Positions 41,413-50,637 of a stretch of 64,000 nt of DNA are shown piece by piece. The stretch lies in NCBI GenBank assembly GCA_965207885.1, contig OZ242311.1, positions 2,688,001 to 2,752,000 on the forward strand. The letters run 5' to 3'. The translations under genes were made by a program, and so were the position numbers. The DNA comes from Candidatus Latescibacterota bacterium. GTDB taxonomy: Bacteria > Latescibacterota > UBA2968. The notes beneath the pieces are model-generated. The model did no database searches. It was not told where the DNA came from and saw nothing but the letters and a program-made list of their open reading frames with translations. Positions within the stretch are counted from its first letter, which is position 1, and every line of letters starts with the position of its first letter.

Positions 41413-41580
41413 ATCACTCCTTATCATAACCTGTTTTTCGATCTCCATCGACTTCCTTAGACCAGGTCGCGTACAGTTCCCAGGCATTAATGCTTTTCAT
41501 CTCTTATCCTGTCTCTGTGGATGTGTAAAAGGGCTGATCACGATATTCGGGTAGGAACCGCTGTTGTTATCACCCATCAT
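41413..41580 (-). pseudogene. Mosaic spacer of four gene/leader remnants
   Basis: MMGDNNSGSYPNIVI start; 22/25 match to 38845-38869; 17/18 match to 47631-47648; 30/34 match to 47655-47688. Confidence 0.75.
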
Positions 41581-42887
41581 CACGATCCTTTCGCCCGTTG
41601 AAACCAGTCAATGAGTTGGCTTTTAAGATCGTTATAAATCTCAGGATATTGACTGGCCAAATCATTGGCTTCGCCAATATCCTGATCGAGCTTGTACAAT
41701 TCAAATTGCAATTCTTCAATAGCCGGAATAGCCTCGGCAAATTGCCCGCGATGATTAGGGCCTGTACCAACCAGTTTCCAATCGTCTTTTACCGCTCCCA
41801 TTTTCCCAAACAAATCCCAAAACACATACCGTCCTGGCAAATCTTCTTGCCCATGTGATCTCAAATGCGCAAGCAAACTCACTCCATGAACTGGATGCTG
41901 TCCATTCATTTTGGGAATCTCAATGCCAGCCGCATCCAGCACAGTGGCAAACAAATCAAAATGCACAGCACCTGCATCAGATACCATCCCTTTGGGAATA
42001 ACACCCGGCCACTGCATCACCGCAGGCACGCGGATTCCACCTTCATATGTCATTCCTTTTTGCCCGCGTAAAGGGCCATTATTGCCCGGAAATTTATCAA
42101 TCATTGCACCATTATCGCTCAAGTAGATGACAAGTGTGTTATCTACGATAGCCAACTCATGCAATGTCGCCATGATTTTACCCACACCATCATCCATATG
42201 ATCCAGCACCGCACAATAGTCGCGCTTGGGGAACTCAATACCGCGATCTTCATACTTTTTTAACCACTCGGCTTTGCCCGATGTTTTGGGTGCCTGTTCT
42301 CGCCACAAGGGACCATGCACAGCATTGTAAGGCACATAACAAAAAAACGGCTTATCACGATGTTTCCGAATAAAGTCAATCGCATAACCAGTAAACACAT
42401 CCGTCAAATGATCTTCATGCACCATGGGCTGGTCATTGTGCAAAAGGCGACTACCATCAAAAGGCCAATAGGGGTGTGCACCACCCAAAAATCCGACAAA
42501 TTCTTCAAAACCGCGTTCATTGGGCACATTGGGTGCATCATATCCCAAATGCCACTTGCCAAACATGCCAGTTTTATATCCTGCTTCCTTCAAAAACTCG
42601 GGCAAAAGTTTTACATCATCATGAATGCGCCTTGGCAACGTATCTGTTTTCTGCCCCGGCAGTGATGGGCCACGCCACATGCCGCATTCCAAAGAATACT
42701 GCCCAGAAAAAAGAGATGCACGCGTTGGCGCACAAAGTGGATTGACCCTAAACTGTGTAAAACGCACCCCATTTTTTGCAATCGCATCCATCGTTGGTGT
42801 ATCGACCTCTGTATCCCAATAACAACCCGCATCTCCATACCCCTGATCGTCTGTAACAATGATGAGAAAATTTGGTTTTGTGGCCAT
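41580..42887 (-). CDS. Sulfatase (Cys-type) with chimeric 5' end
   Basis: PNFLIIVTDD, CAPTR, GKWHLG; 42841-42895 is 54/55 identical to 48988-49042. Confidence 0.9.
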   Translation of the reverse strand: MATKPNFLIIVTDDQGYGDAGCYWDTEVDTPTMDAIAKNGVRFTQFRVNPLCAPTRASLFSGQYSLECGMWRGPSLPGQKTDTLPRRIHDDVKLLPEFLKEAGYKTGMFGKWHLGYDAPNVPNERGFEEFVGFLGGAHPYWPFDGSRLLHNDQPMVHEDHLTDVFTGYAIDFIRKHRDKPFFCYVPYNAVHGPLWREQAPKTSGKAEWLKKYEDRGIEFPKRDYCAVLDHMDDGVGKIMATLHELAIVDNTLVIYLSDNGAMIDKFPGNNGPLRGQKGMTYEGGIRVPAVMQWPGVIPKGMVSDAGAVHFDLFATVLDAAGIEIPKMNGQHPVHGVSLLAHLRSHGQEDLPGRYVFWDLFGKMGAVKDDWKLVGTGPNHRGQFAEAIPAIEELQFELYKLDQDIGEANDLASQYPEIYNDLKSQLIDWFQRAKGS

Positions 42888-42892
42888 AATGA

Positions 42893-43339
42893 TCATTCCT
42901 TGAGTGCGGCAGCATCCTCAGCGATCCACTTCGATCCAGTCGTGCCACTCGCCGGTCCGGTTGTCTTCGGTGTTGTGTACCACATCCCAGCCGTGTAGTC
43001 CGGGTACGGGTAGTATTCTGAGTCAAAGGGATAGAAATGGATCTTGCCAAACGCGCCGGTTCGCCACCCGGCCATCTGCAATGTCTTCATAAAGGTGGGG
43101 ATGTCGGGATTGAGTCGGTAGCCATTGGAGAGCAGACCGTGGCCTCGGCTGGTGAGTCCCGTGGCAATGCCCGCCCGAGCCGGACAGCAGACCGGGTTGT
43201 TGGAAAATGCATTGGTGAAGGTTACGCCCATGCTCTGGAGGCGTTTCAGGTTCGGCAGGTCGCAGATGCCGTTCAGGGCCGCTTCCAGCCACTTCGCCCC
43301 CATCTGATCGATGATGTTGGGTTTGTTTTGTGACTGCAT
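42893..43339 (-). pseudogene. Collapsed sulfatase-sulfatase-PhyH pseudogene
   Basis: First 8 codons match the gene starting at 37020, the body matches the 5' part of the gene starting at 35357 with deletions, and the tail WIAEDAAALKE* resembles WSAEDAADLKN* ending at 32888. Confidence 0.9.
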
Positions 43340-43401
43340 AATGACTCCCCTGATGCGCTCTTTGAGCTTTTTAGTCGATAATCTTTGTTTCTACAGTCAT
43401 T

Positions 43402-44748
43402 TTATTTTTCGAAAATTGTCCCGGGCCACGGGTAAGCGTTGGATCCAGCCTCATCCTCGATGGGGCCTTCCGGCAGTGTGGCTTGCCAATCCATGACCTG
43501 CTCTGACATCTGCTTGACCAGGGTCTCTTCAAATTTGGCGTGATTGACGAGTTCCATTGGATCTGCAGGAATGTTGTAAAGTTCGACACGACTTCTGTCC
43601 GGGTTGAGAAGCAGCTTCCAGTCACCCTCGCGGATTGAAAGGATCGGGCTTTTGTGAAGGCAATGGCCGTGAACCCGAAATCGCCACTCCCACATCAACG
43701 GCGTCGTGCGATCTACCGAGTTACCTCGAAAGGCGGCTGTCATATTCTCGCCCTGCAGACCAATGTTGTCGGGAATGTCCACGCCAGCGATGGAACAAAA
43801 AGTAGGTAACAGGTCTATGGCACATAAGGGCGTCGTGTTGTCAACTTTGCCTTTTGGTCCGCCACTGCCTGGCCACCGAAGAATGAAAGGGGTTCGCACA
43901 CCGCCTTCGTAGAGGCTTCTTTTACGACCTCGAAAGGGACCAGAAGAACCGACGCCACTGTGTGACGCATTTCGGACGTGGATATCCTCAGGGCCGTTAT
44001 CAGCTGAGAAGATGACAATCGTGTTGTCGGAAAGGCCCAGTTGATCCAGCCGATCCATGAGCCGTCCAATGTGGTAATCTGCGTTGGTAACGACAGAATA
44101 GTAGATGCGTAGTGCACCTTTGTGTTTGTCTTCCAGGCCCTGAGCGGTAAGATTCATATAGGGTTCCATCTGCTCCTCTGTAGGATCCAGAGTGGCGTGG
44201 GTGTCAAGCAACCACGCTTGAACAAAGAAAGGCTCATCTTGATGTCTTTCGATGAAAGATATGGTTTCATCTATAATTACCTCTGTAGATTGAGATCTGC
44301 CTTCGGGAATCTCAATGGGGGGTCCGACCGCATTGAATGTTTTGGATTCGTCAATTCCATAAGCCGTGGTATTAGGTGCTTCTTCGCCACTTCCCAGGTG
44401 CCACTTGCCAAAGTGGCCAACAGCATATCCACTTTGTTGCAGGAGATCCGTGATGGTCGTTGCATCGGGATCCAACCAATCTGGCATGCCGCGTAGGGCG
44501 TTCTGCTCGTGACGGGCAAAATGGCCATGTATGCCCCAGTGGGCAGGAAATCGACCCGTCATGACCGCTGCCCGGCTGGGTGAGCACACACCCGAGCAAA
44601 CATAGAATTGTGAGAAGAGAATGCCCTGCGAAGCGAGCCGATCCAGATTTGGCGTTTTTACAAACTGGTGGCCGTAGCAACTCAAGTCACCCCACCCCCA
44701 ATCGTCGGCGAAGACAAATACGATATTGGGTCTTTTCGATTCAGCCAT
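43402..44748 (-). CDS. Sulfatase (Cys-type, arylsulfatase-like)
   Basis: PNIVFVFADD, CSPSR, GKWHLG, DNG. Confidence 0.9.
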   Translation of the reverse strand: MAESKRPNIVFVFADDWGWGDLSCYGHQFVKTPNLDRLASQGILFSQFYVCSGVCSPSRAAVMTGRFPAHWGIHGHFARHEQNALRGMPDWLDPDATTITDLLQQSGYAVGHFGKWHLGSGEEAPNTTAYGIDESKTFNAVGPPIEIPEGRSQSTEVIIDETISFIERHQDEPFFVQAWLLDTHATLDPTEEQMEPYMNLTAQGLEDKHKGALRIYYSVVTNADYHIGRLMDRLDQLGLSDNTIVIFSADNGPEDIHVRNASHSGVGSSGPFRGRKRSLYEGGVRTPFILRWPGSGGPKGKVDNTTPLCAIDLLPTFCSIAGVDIPDNIGLQGENMTAAFRGNSVDRTTPLMWEWRFRVHGHCLHKSPILSIREGDWKLLLNPDRSRVELYNIPADPMELVNHAKFEETLVKQMSEQVMDWQATLPEGPIEDEAGSNAYPWPGTIFEK

Positions 44749-44788
44749 TGCGGTTCTCCTTAATAAAGTAGGCGGTAAGCCTTTGCCC

Positions 44789-46129
44789 CTACGATGCCAG
44801 GGCTTTCAGGTAGGTGGCGCCTTGCGTGTCGGCGTGTGCCTGGACCCAATCAGATAGTCGGTTTCGGTGATCCGTCAGGATCTGAATGAATTCAGGATCA
44901 TTGGCGAGGTTCTTTGTTTCAGTGGGATCCGAAACCATATCGACAAGCATTTCTTCCGACGTGCCATCGTAGTGGAAGATGGAGTACTTGTACCTGGCAG
45001 ACCTTACCATTCTACCGCCAACAGTTTCGGCAACGACGAATTCCCGCCAATCGGGTTGCTCGCCCAGAGCAAGGGGTTTCAAGCTTCTACCGGGTAGTGA
45101 ATCTGGAATTTCTCCTTTGGCAAAGTCGCATAACGTCGGAAGCAGATCGATCCCATTATTGACCAAAGCATCGATCTGACCTGGAGAAACTCTTCCAGGC
45201 CAACTGATCGTGAGCGGTACGTGTGACGACGCTTCGTAGAACGACCGCTTCATTGTCAATCCGTGTTCCCCATCATGATCGCCATGGTCACTTGTAAATA
45301 TGACAACCGTACTCTCCCGCAGACCGGTGTCATCGAGCGCATCCAGTATCACACCCAACTGTTGGTCCAGGTCCTCCATATAAAAACGGTAAGCCGCACG
45401 GTAGGTCCGCCACTCGTGTTCGGTCCAGTGGATTGCACGCTGACCGAATCTTCGGTTGAGGCCGATTTCGATTGTCTCCTCGTCTCCCAGTGTCCCATCA
45501 CGGAATCTCTGCATCCACTTTGGCTCATCCTGAGGGGGTGCGTGATTATCCGGCAAGGGAGGCAAGTTGTCTCCTGGATCCGAAGGATGTGTCGGCTTCC
45601 CATCCTCATCCAGGACTTTACATATATCGTGTGGATTAATGAACGATGCCCAGAGGAAGAACGGGCGATCGGAATCTCTGTTTTTGAGAAAATTAGCAGA
45701 TCTCTCCGCAAGCTCATCCCTCTGATCGGTTGTGAGCGACTCAAATCCGAATTCCTCTGCCTTTTCTTTTGTGAAAACCTGGGTGCCCTCTACGTGCAGC
45801 TTACCGCCGGCGTACGTATCATATCCACAATTTCGGAGGAGTGTCCCCATCAATGGCGTATCAATATGGTCCAAAATCCGCGGATGTTCCGAAGCCATCC
45901 CCTTGGAGTTATGCTCCAGGCCATCAAAAGTGTGCGGCATATGGCCTGAGACCAGGGCGTACCTGAATGGGACACAAACTGGATTGGAAACGTAGGTGAG
46001 CTCGAATCTCTTACCACCTGCAGCCAGTTTATCCAAATTGGGCGTACTGACATAAGGGTCACCGGAATAGCTCGCCATTCTGTGATGTTGTTGGTCCGTT
46101 GTTATGAGAATGATATGCGGTCGTTCCAT
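44789..46129 (-). CDS. Sulfatase (Cys-type, choline-sulfatase-like)
   Basis: PHIILITTDQ, CVPFR, GKLH, SDHG; start MERPH after aaagga. Confidence 0.85.
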   Translation of the reverse strand: MERPHIILITTDQQHHRMASYSGDPYVSTPNLDKLAAGGKRFELTYVSNPVCVPFRYALVSGHMPHTFDGLEHNSKGMASEHPRILDHIDTPLMGTLLRNCGYDTYAGGKLHVEGTQVFTKEKAEEFGFESLTTDQRDELAERSANFLKNRDSDRPFFLWASFINPHDICKVLDEDGKPTHPSDPGDNLPPLPDNHAPPQDEPKWMQRFRDGTLGDEETIEIGLNRRFGQRAIHWTEHEWRTYRAAYRFYMEDLDQQLGVILDALDDTGLRESTVVIFTSDHGDHDGEHGLTMKRSFYEASSHVPLTISWPGRVSPGQIDALVNNGIDLLPTLCDFAKGEIPDSLPGRSLKPLALGEQPDWREFVVAETVGGRMVRSARYKYSIFHYDGTSEEMLVDMVSDPTETKNLANDPEFIQILTDHRNRLSDWVQAHADTQGATYLKALAS

Positions 46130-46169
46130 ATCTGTTCCTTTCGCGTTGCGGACGAATTGTAGCAAGATG

Positions 46170-47642
46170 TCAACGAGGATCGCCAGCTTCAATTGTTCGT
46201 TCCAGCAGCCTGCTGCGCATTGCTTCTTCCCGATCTCGATAATCCGGATTTCCTGCCAGATTCACCAGTTCGCCCGGGTCGTTCTGCAAGTCGTAAAGTT
46301 CAGAACGATCATTCACATAATGTGCGTATTTCCACTTCTCGTTTCGAACCATGCGACCCCGAGAAAGGAAGAACGTTCCCGACTCAACCAGCGGCAATTC
46401 AGGTACGGGCTCCGTCCGACTTATGCCGGCTTTCAGCGCGTCCAGTTCTGCTTCTGGTCCTCCCTCTGGCAATGGCTGACGGCTGCCAACTTCCGCATAG
46501 GTACAGTCTCTTTCTGGAGCCATACCCGACATCATATCTGTCACACTTCTACCCTGAACACCCGACGGGATCGAGATTCCGCTACTCTGGAGTAATGTGG
46601 GCATCAAGTCGATTTGCTCAATTTGCAGTGCGTTTGTTGCACCATCCCGTGCATGTTCCAAACCCCTTACGATCAATGGGACCTGGACAATGCAGTCGTA
46701 GAATGCAGCAGTTTTCCTAATGAGTCCGTGTTCGCCCAGGTACTCACCGTGGTCACCTGTGGCAACAATGATGGTGTCGTCCCAACGACCAAGCGCTTTT
46801 AGTCCATCAAAGAATTTGCCCAGGCAGTCATCCAGGTGCCTGAGCATGCCGTAGTAATACGCCATTGTCTGGCGCAGTTGCTCGTCATCCATGAGATGCA
46901 GCCACCCGCCGTGATAATAGACTTGCTGAACGAATGGTTTTGAGTCCAATTCACCCTCAGGTCTATGTGGGAGAGGCATGTCCTCTGGCCTGTACATCGT
47001 GGCAAAAGGTTCGGGAGCTCGATAGGGCGGATGAACATCGGAAAAGCTCAACCACACAAACGAGGGCTCGACACCCTTCCGTTCGAGATAATCGAGGGCA
47101 TGATTCACGTTGGCTCTTGCTGGAGATTCAGCAGGATCGAAAGGGTAGGTTCCGCCATACCAGATTGGGTTTGGGTGATCTCCCCAACGGAAACGTCTTG
47201 TTTGTGATTCGAACACGGATGGGTCGATGGGTATTGCAGGCCCAGGAAATGGCTTCCCATAGGCTTCTCGCTGCTTTTGCCGAAGTGGTGACTCTTCAAT
47301 ACACGCTTCAAATCCTGCAGTTTCGGCATCTGGAAAACAGTGGTTTTTCCCAAATAGGCCACAGCCGACACCAGCATCTTTCAATAGCCCTGGCAGGTGA
47401 AATCCTTCCTTTTCTTGCATCAACAGCGTGTTGTCTCTGGAACCTGTAACGCTGGGATAACGACCCGTGAAAAATGCGACCCGTGATGCGACGCAGAGCG
47501 GAGAAGGTACGGTGCAGTTTTCAAACCTGATGGCTTCGCTGGCAAAGCGATCCAGATGAGGTGTCGCTCCGACGGGATTGCCATAGCATCCCAATGCGCG
47601 AGCGGCAAGATGCTCAATGGTGATTACGACAATGTTTTTCAT
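46170..47642 (-). CDS. Sulfatase-like hydrolase
   Basis: NIVVITIE, CVASR, GKNH, GDHGE. Confidence 0.85.
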   Translation of the reverse strand: MKNIVVITIEHLAARALGCYGNPVGATPHLDRFASEAIRFENCTVPSPLCVASRVAFFTGRYPSVTGSRDNTLLMQEKEGFHLPGLLKDAGVGCGLFGKNHCFPDAETAGFEACIEESPLRQKQREAYGKPFPGPAIPIDPSVFESQTRRFRWGDHPNPIWYGGTYPFDPAESPARANVNHALDYLERKGVEPSFVWLSFSDVHPPYRAPEPFATMYRPEDMPLPHRPEGELDSKPFVQQVYYHGGWLHLMDDEQLRQTMAYYYGMLRHLDDCLGKFFDGLKALGRWDDTIIVATGDHGEYLGEHGLIRKTAAFYDCIVQVPLIVRGLEHARDGATNALQIEQIDLMPTLLQSSGISIPSGVQGRSVTDMMSGMAPERDCTYAEVGSRQPLPEGGPEAELDALKAGISRTEPVPELPLVESGTFFLSRGRMVRNEKWKYAHYVNDRSELYDLQNDPGELVNLAGNPDYRDREEAMRSRLLERTIEAGDPR

Positions 47643-47645
47643 CTC

Positions 47646-49034
47646 TTAGCTCCTATCAACTTCCTCAGACCAGGCCGCGTACAGATCCTGCAGGCGTTCC
47701 ACGACTTCGGGATGCTGATCAATCAGATCTTGACTCTCGGAGGGATCTTCCTTCAGGTTAAACAGGCAGGTATTCTGGAGAAGCTCTGTGCGTTCAACGA
47801 TCCCATCGCAGGACGGCTCTTGACCTCTCCTGCCACCTTTATGCAACAGTTTCCAATCACCAGAGCGCACGGCATAACTATCGCCCCAGCGCCAGAAGAG
47901 GTCTCGCTGGTCTGCGATTTTTGTGACATCTTTTGGGATGGGTTGACCATCCAATCCTTCGGATAACTCGATGCCTGCTGCCTGTAAACAGGTCGGAAGA
48001 ATATCGAGCGTTGAGATCGTCCTGTCACAGATCGTTCCAGATGCCGACTCATTTGGACGGGCGAGGATAAATGGCACGTGAATTCCGCCCTCCCAGAGCG
48101 TAAACTTGCTCCCGGCAAGCGGCAGGTTGCAGGCACCGGTGTTCGGTGCGCCTCCGTTGTCTGAAAACATGATCACGATGGTGTTGTCGGCAAGCGATAG
48201 CTGATCCAACGTGTCCAGAAGGCGACCGATATTGTCGTCGAGGCAATTCAGGTTCGCCAGATAGTATCTGCGAAACTCGTCGGCATTGATCTCGCCGAGG
48301 ATTCTATACCTTTTGAACCAGTCCCCATACCCGCCCATGGTCTCCGGGTCGTAGTTTGGAATCTCCCTTACGCCGTGCTTGTCGAGGTATCGTTTGGGCA
48401 CCTGGTGGATCAGGTGATGCACGGAGTTGTAAGAGAGTGTCACAAAGAAAGGTTCTTCCTGATGGCTCTCGAGAAAATCGATTGTCGCGTCGGTGAAGAT
48501 TTCCGTCAGATACCCTTGCCCAAATTCTTTGTAATCCCGGTTGTGCATGAGCGGCCCAACAACCGCGCTGTGCCCTTTTGGATCGGGCGTGCGGTCTTCG
48601 ATGTCTTTGGTGAGGAGGAAATAGTCGTGGCCATGTGCTGAGAATCCGAGAAACTCGTCATAGCCATGGTTCAACGGATATTCGTGAGCCTCGTGATCGT
48701 GAAAGCCCAGGCCGTAATCGTTCTTACCGAAACGCGCTGTGGTATAGCCGTTAGCCTTCATGATTTCGGTGATGTTCTTTTCTGTTTCAGGATGTCCGCA
48801 AAAAAAGGAAGATTTCGGATCCCAACGCACCTGGTGTCTCCCCGTATTCCATCCGGCGCGGGAAGGGCTGCATACAGGAGCTGTCACATAGGCCTGTGAA
48901 AAGAGAACGCCGCGCTCAGCGAGCCGGTCCATGTTTGGCGTTTGCACGTCTGGCGCATGATGACTGAATGCAGTCAGATCGCCGTAGCCCTGATCGTCTG
49001 TAACAATGATGAGAAAATTTGGTTTTGTGCCCAT
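47646..49034 (-). CDS. Sulfatase (Cys-type)
   Basis: PNFLIIVTDD, CSPSR, GKND, SDNG. Confidence 0.9.
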   Translation of the reverse strand: MGTKPNFLIIVTDDQGYGDLTAFSHHAPDVQTPNMDRLAERGVLFSQAYVTAPVCSPSRAGWNTGRHQVRWDPKSSFFCGHPETEKNITEIMKANGYTTARFGKNDYGLGFHDHEAHEYPLNHGYDEFLGFSAHGHDYFLLTKDIEDRTPDPKGHSAVVGPLMHNRDYKEFGQGYLTEIFTDATIDFLESHQEEPFFVTLSYNSVHHLIHQVPKRYLDKHGVREIPNYDPETMGGYGDWFKRYRILGEINADEFRRYYLANLNCLDDNIGRLLDTLDQLSLADNTIVIMFSDNGGAPNTGACNLPLAGSKFTLWEGGIHVPFILARPNESASGTICDRTISTLDILPTCLQAAGIELSEGLDGQPIPKDVTKIADQRDLFWRWGDSYAVRSGDWKLLHKGGRRGQEPSCDGIVERTELLQNTCLFNLKEDPSESQDLIDQHPEVVERLQDLYAAWSEEVDRS

Positions 49035-49063
49035 AATGATCACCCGCTCCAATCCCCGCATTG

Positions 49064-50545
49064 TTACCTGTCAGCCCCGCCGAGAAGCTGCTCTCTGGTC
49101 ATTACCTTGATTGGTGGCAGGTTATCGACCATTCCCGCGTCCGTGCGTCGAAGCTCATCAATGGTCCCTTGCCGAAGTTGGGTGAGCAACTCGTGGTGAT
49201 CGGATTCCAAAGCGAGGTTTTCCAGTTCCTCGGGGTCATTCTCGAGATCGTACATCTCTTCGATCTCCCCGGGGACGAGCCAGCGGATATATTTGTACTT
49301 TCCCATGCACAGAGATACCCACCAGGGGATAGGCGGATTGCCTATTGGCTCGCCACAGCCGACATCGGTATCTTCTCCAAAATAATGACCCGTACACTCC
49401 ATCAGCAGCGGGCGATCCCATTCAGCGTTGGGATCGGAGAGCAATAGTGTCAGGTCCTCCCCGTGCATCTTCCAGGGTTGTTTCATGCCGATCAACGAGA
49501 GAAAGGTAGGCGGGATATCCTGGCCGCCGATTGGCACATCGCATACTGTGCCTGCAGGAATCCGTCCCGGCAGCCGCATGATCATCGGTGCTTTGATATT
49601 GGCATCATAGGGCGCCACCTTGAGTCGAAAGCCGTGCTGTCCCCAGGCAAATCCCTGGTCCGACGTAAAGACGACCAGGGTATCATCCAATTGCCCCATC
49701 TCCTCTATGGTGCCGATCACCCTGCCAACCCCTTCATCCAGGGCGCACACGCCCCGGTTGTATTGTTGTTCCCAATCGGTGAGGGTCCGTCCATCCCGGA
49801 TGCCTACCGGTTGGCCGTGATCTCCCTCGCGCCAAACACCGTAGTCCCGCATATGTGTCGCCTTGGTCGGGCGCGGCGGATAGATGTCTTCTGGCGTGGG
49901 GACCTGGGAAACATCTGGATAGTCCTGGAGATGGCGGTCAGCCACTTTCCAGGGGCCGTGTACTGCGTCATAGCACAGCCAGAGGTGCCAGGGCTTATCC
50001 GGTTCTTCTGCCCGTCCGCGGAGAAATTCAAGTGCATACTCCGTGTAGTTATCGGTAGAATAGCCGCCAACCGGTTCCGGCTCCCTCCCGTTGATACTCA
50101 TATTCTGATTGACATAATAGGGCCCGTATTTCTCGGGTTGGCTGTGGTCCCAGATGGCAGAAAAATCCCAGTACCGACCGTGACCGTGATCGGGACCTGT
50201 GTGCCATTTGCCGACGATGCCTGTGTACCAACCGTTCTCGCGGAGATTCTCGAGCCAGTACGGACACTGGTCTGGATCGCGGACATAGTTTGGGTAGCTC
50301 GAGGGCAGGTGCATGCTCATCACGCCATGCGGCAATTTTCCGGTCAGGTACGTGGCGCGTGAAGGCGCACACCAGGCACTGGTATAGCAGTTGGAAAAAC
50401 GCATCCCCTCATGGGCGAGACGATCGATGTTTGGCGTACTGATCCACGAATGCGCCTCGGGGTAGCAACTCACAGACCGAAAGCTCTGATCGTCGGTGAA
50501 GATGTATAAAATGTTGCTCGGACGGTTCAATTGATCATCGTTCAT
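49064..50545 (-). CDS. Sulfatase (Cys-type)
   Basis: NILYIFTDD, CAPSR, GKWH, SDQG. Confidence 0.9.
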   Translation of the reverse strand: MNDDQLNRPSNILYIFTDDQSFRSVSCYPEAHSWISTPNIDRLAHEGMRFSNCYTSAWCAPSRATYLTGKLPHGVMSMHLPSSYPNYVRDPDQCPYWLENLRENGWYTGIVGKWHTGPDHGHGRYWDFSAIWDHSQPEKYGPYYVNQNMSINGREPEPVGGYSTDNYTEYALEFLRGRAEEPDKPWHLWLCYDAVHGPWKVADRHLQDYPDVSQVPTPEDIYPPRPTKATHMRDYGVWREGDHGQPVGIRDGRTLTDWEQQYNRGVCALDEGVGRVIGTIEEMGQLDDTLVVFTSDQGFAWGQHGFRLKVAPYDANIKAPMIMRLPGRIPAGTVCDVPIGGQDIPPTFLSLIGMKQPWKMHGEDLTLLLSDPNAEWDRPLLMECTGHYFGEDTDVGCGEPIGNPPIPWWVSLCMGKYKYIRWLVPGEIEEMYDLENDPEELENLALESDHHELLTQLRQGTIDELRRTDAGMVDNLPPIKVMTREQLLGGADR

Positions 50546-50560
50546 TTTGGTTCTCCGTAA

Positions 50561-50610
50561 TCTATATGGTCAGGTAACCAGACCATGGTTCGCTTCTATT
50601 TCCTCTGTTC
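50561..50610 (-). repeat. Intergenic 50-nt repeat, copy 1 (copy 2 at 55938-55988)
   Basis: Differs from copy 2 by 2 substitutions and 1 indel; sits directly upstream of an RBS in both places. Confidence 0.9.
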
Positions 50611-50637
50611 TGCATCTATCCGACTCTGCGCCCCTGA

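Noticed and set aside
41477-41488. ttcccaggcatt (NAWE) also present in the PhyH gene near 38109
   Set aside because: Better explained as the join between two sulfatase remnants; a 12-nt match is not significant.
43352-43366. 15-nt inverted match to the Gfo/Idh/MocA gene near 30973
   Set aside because: Opposite orientation to the other scars and of a length expected occasionally by chance.
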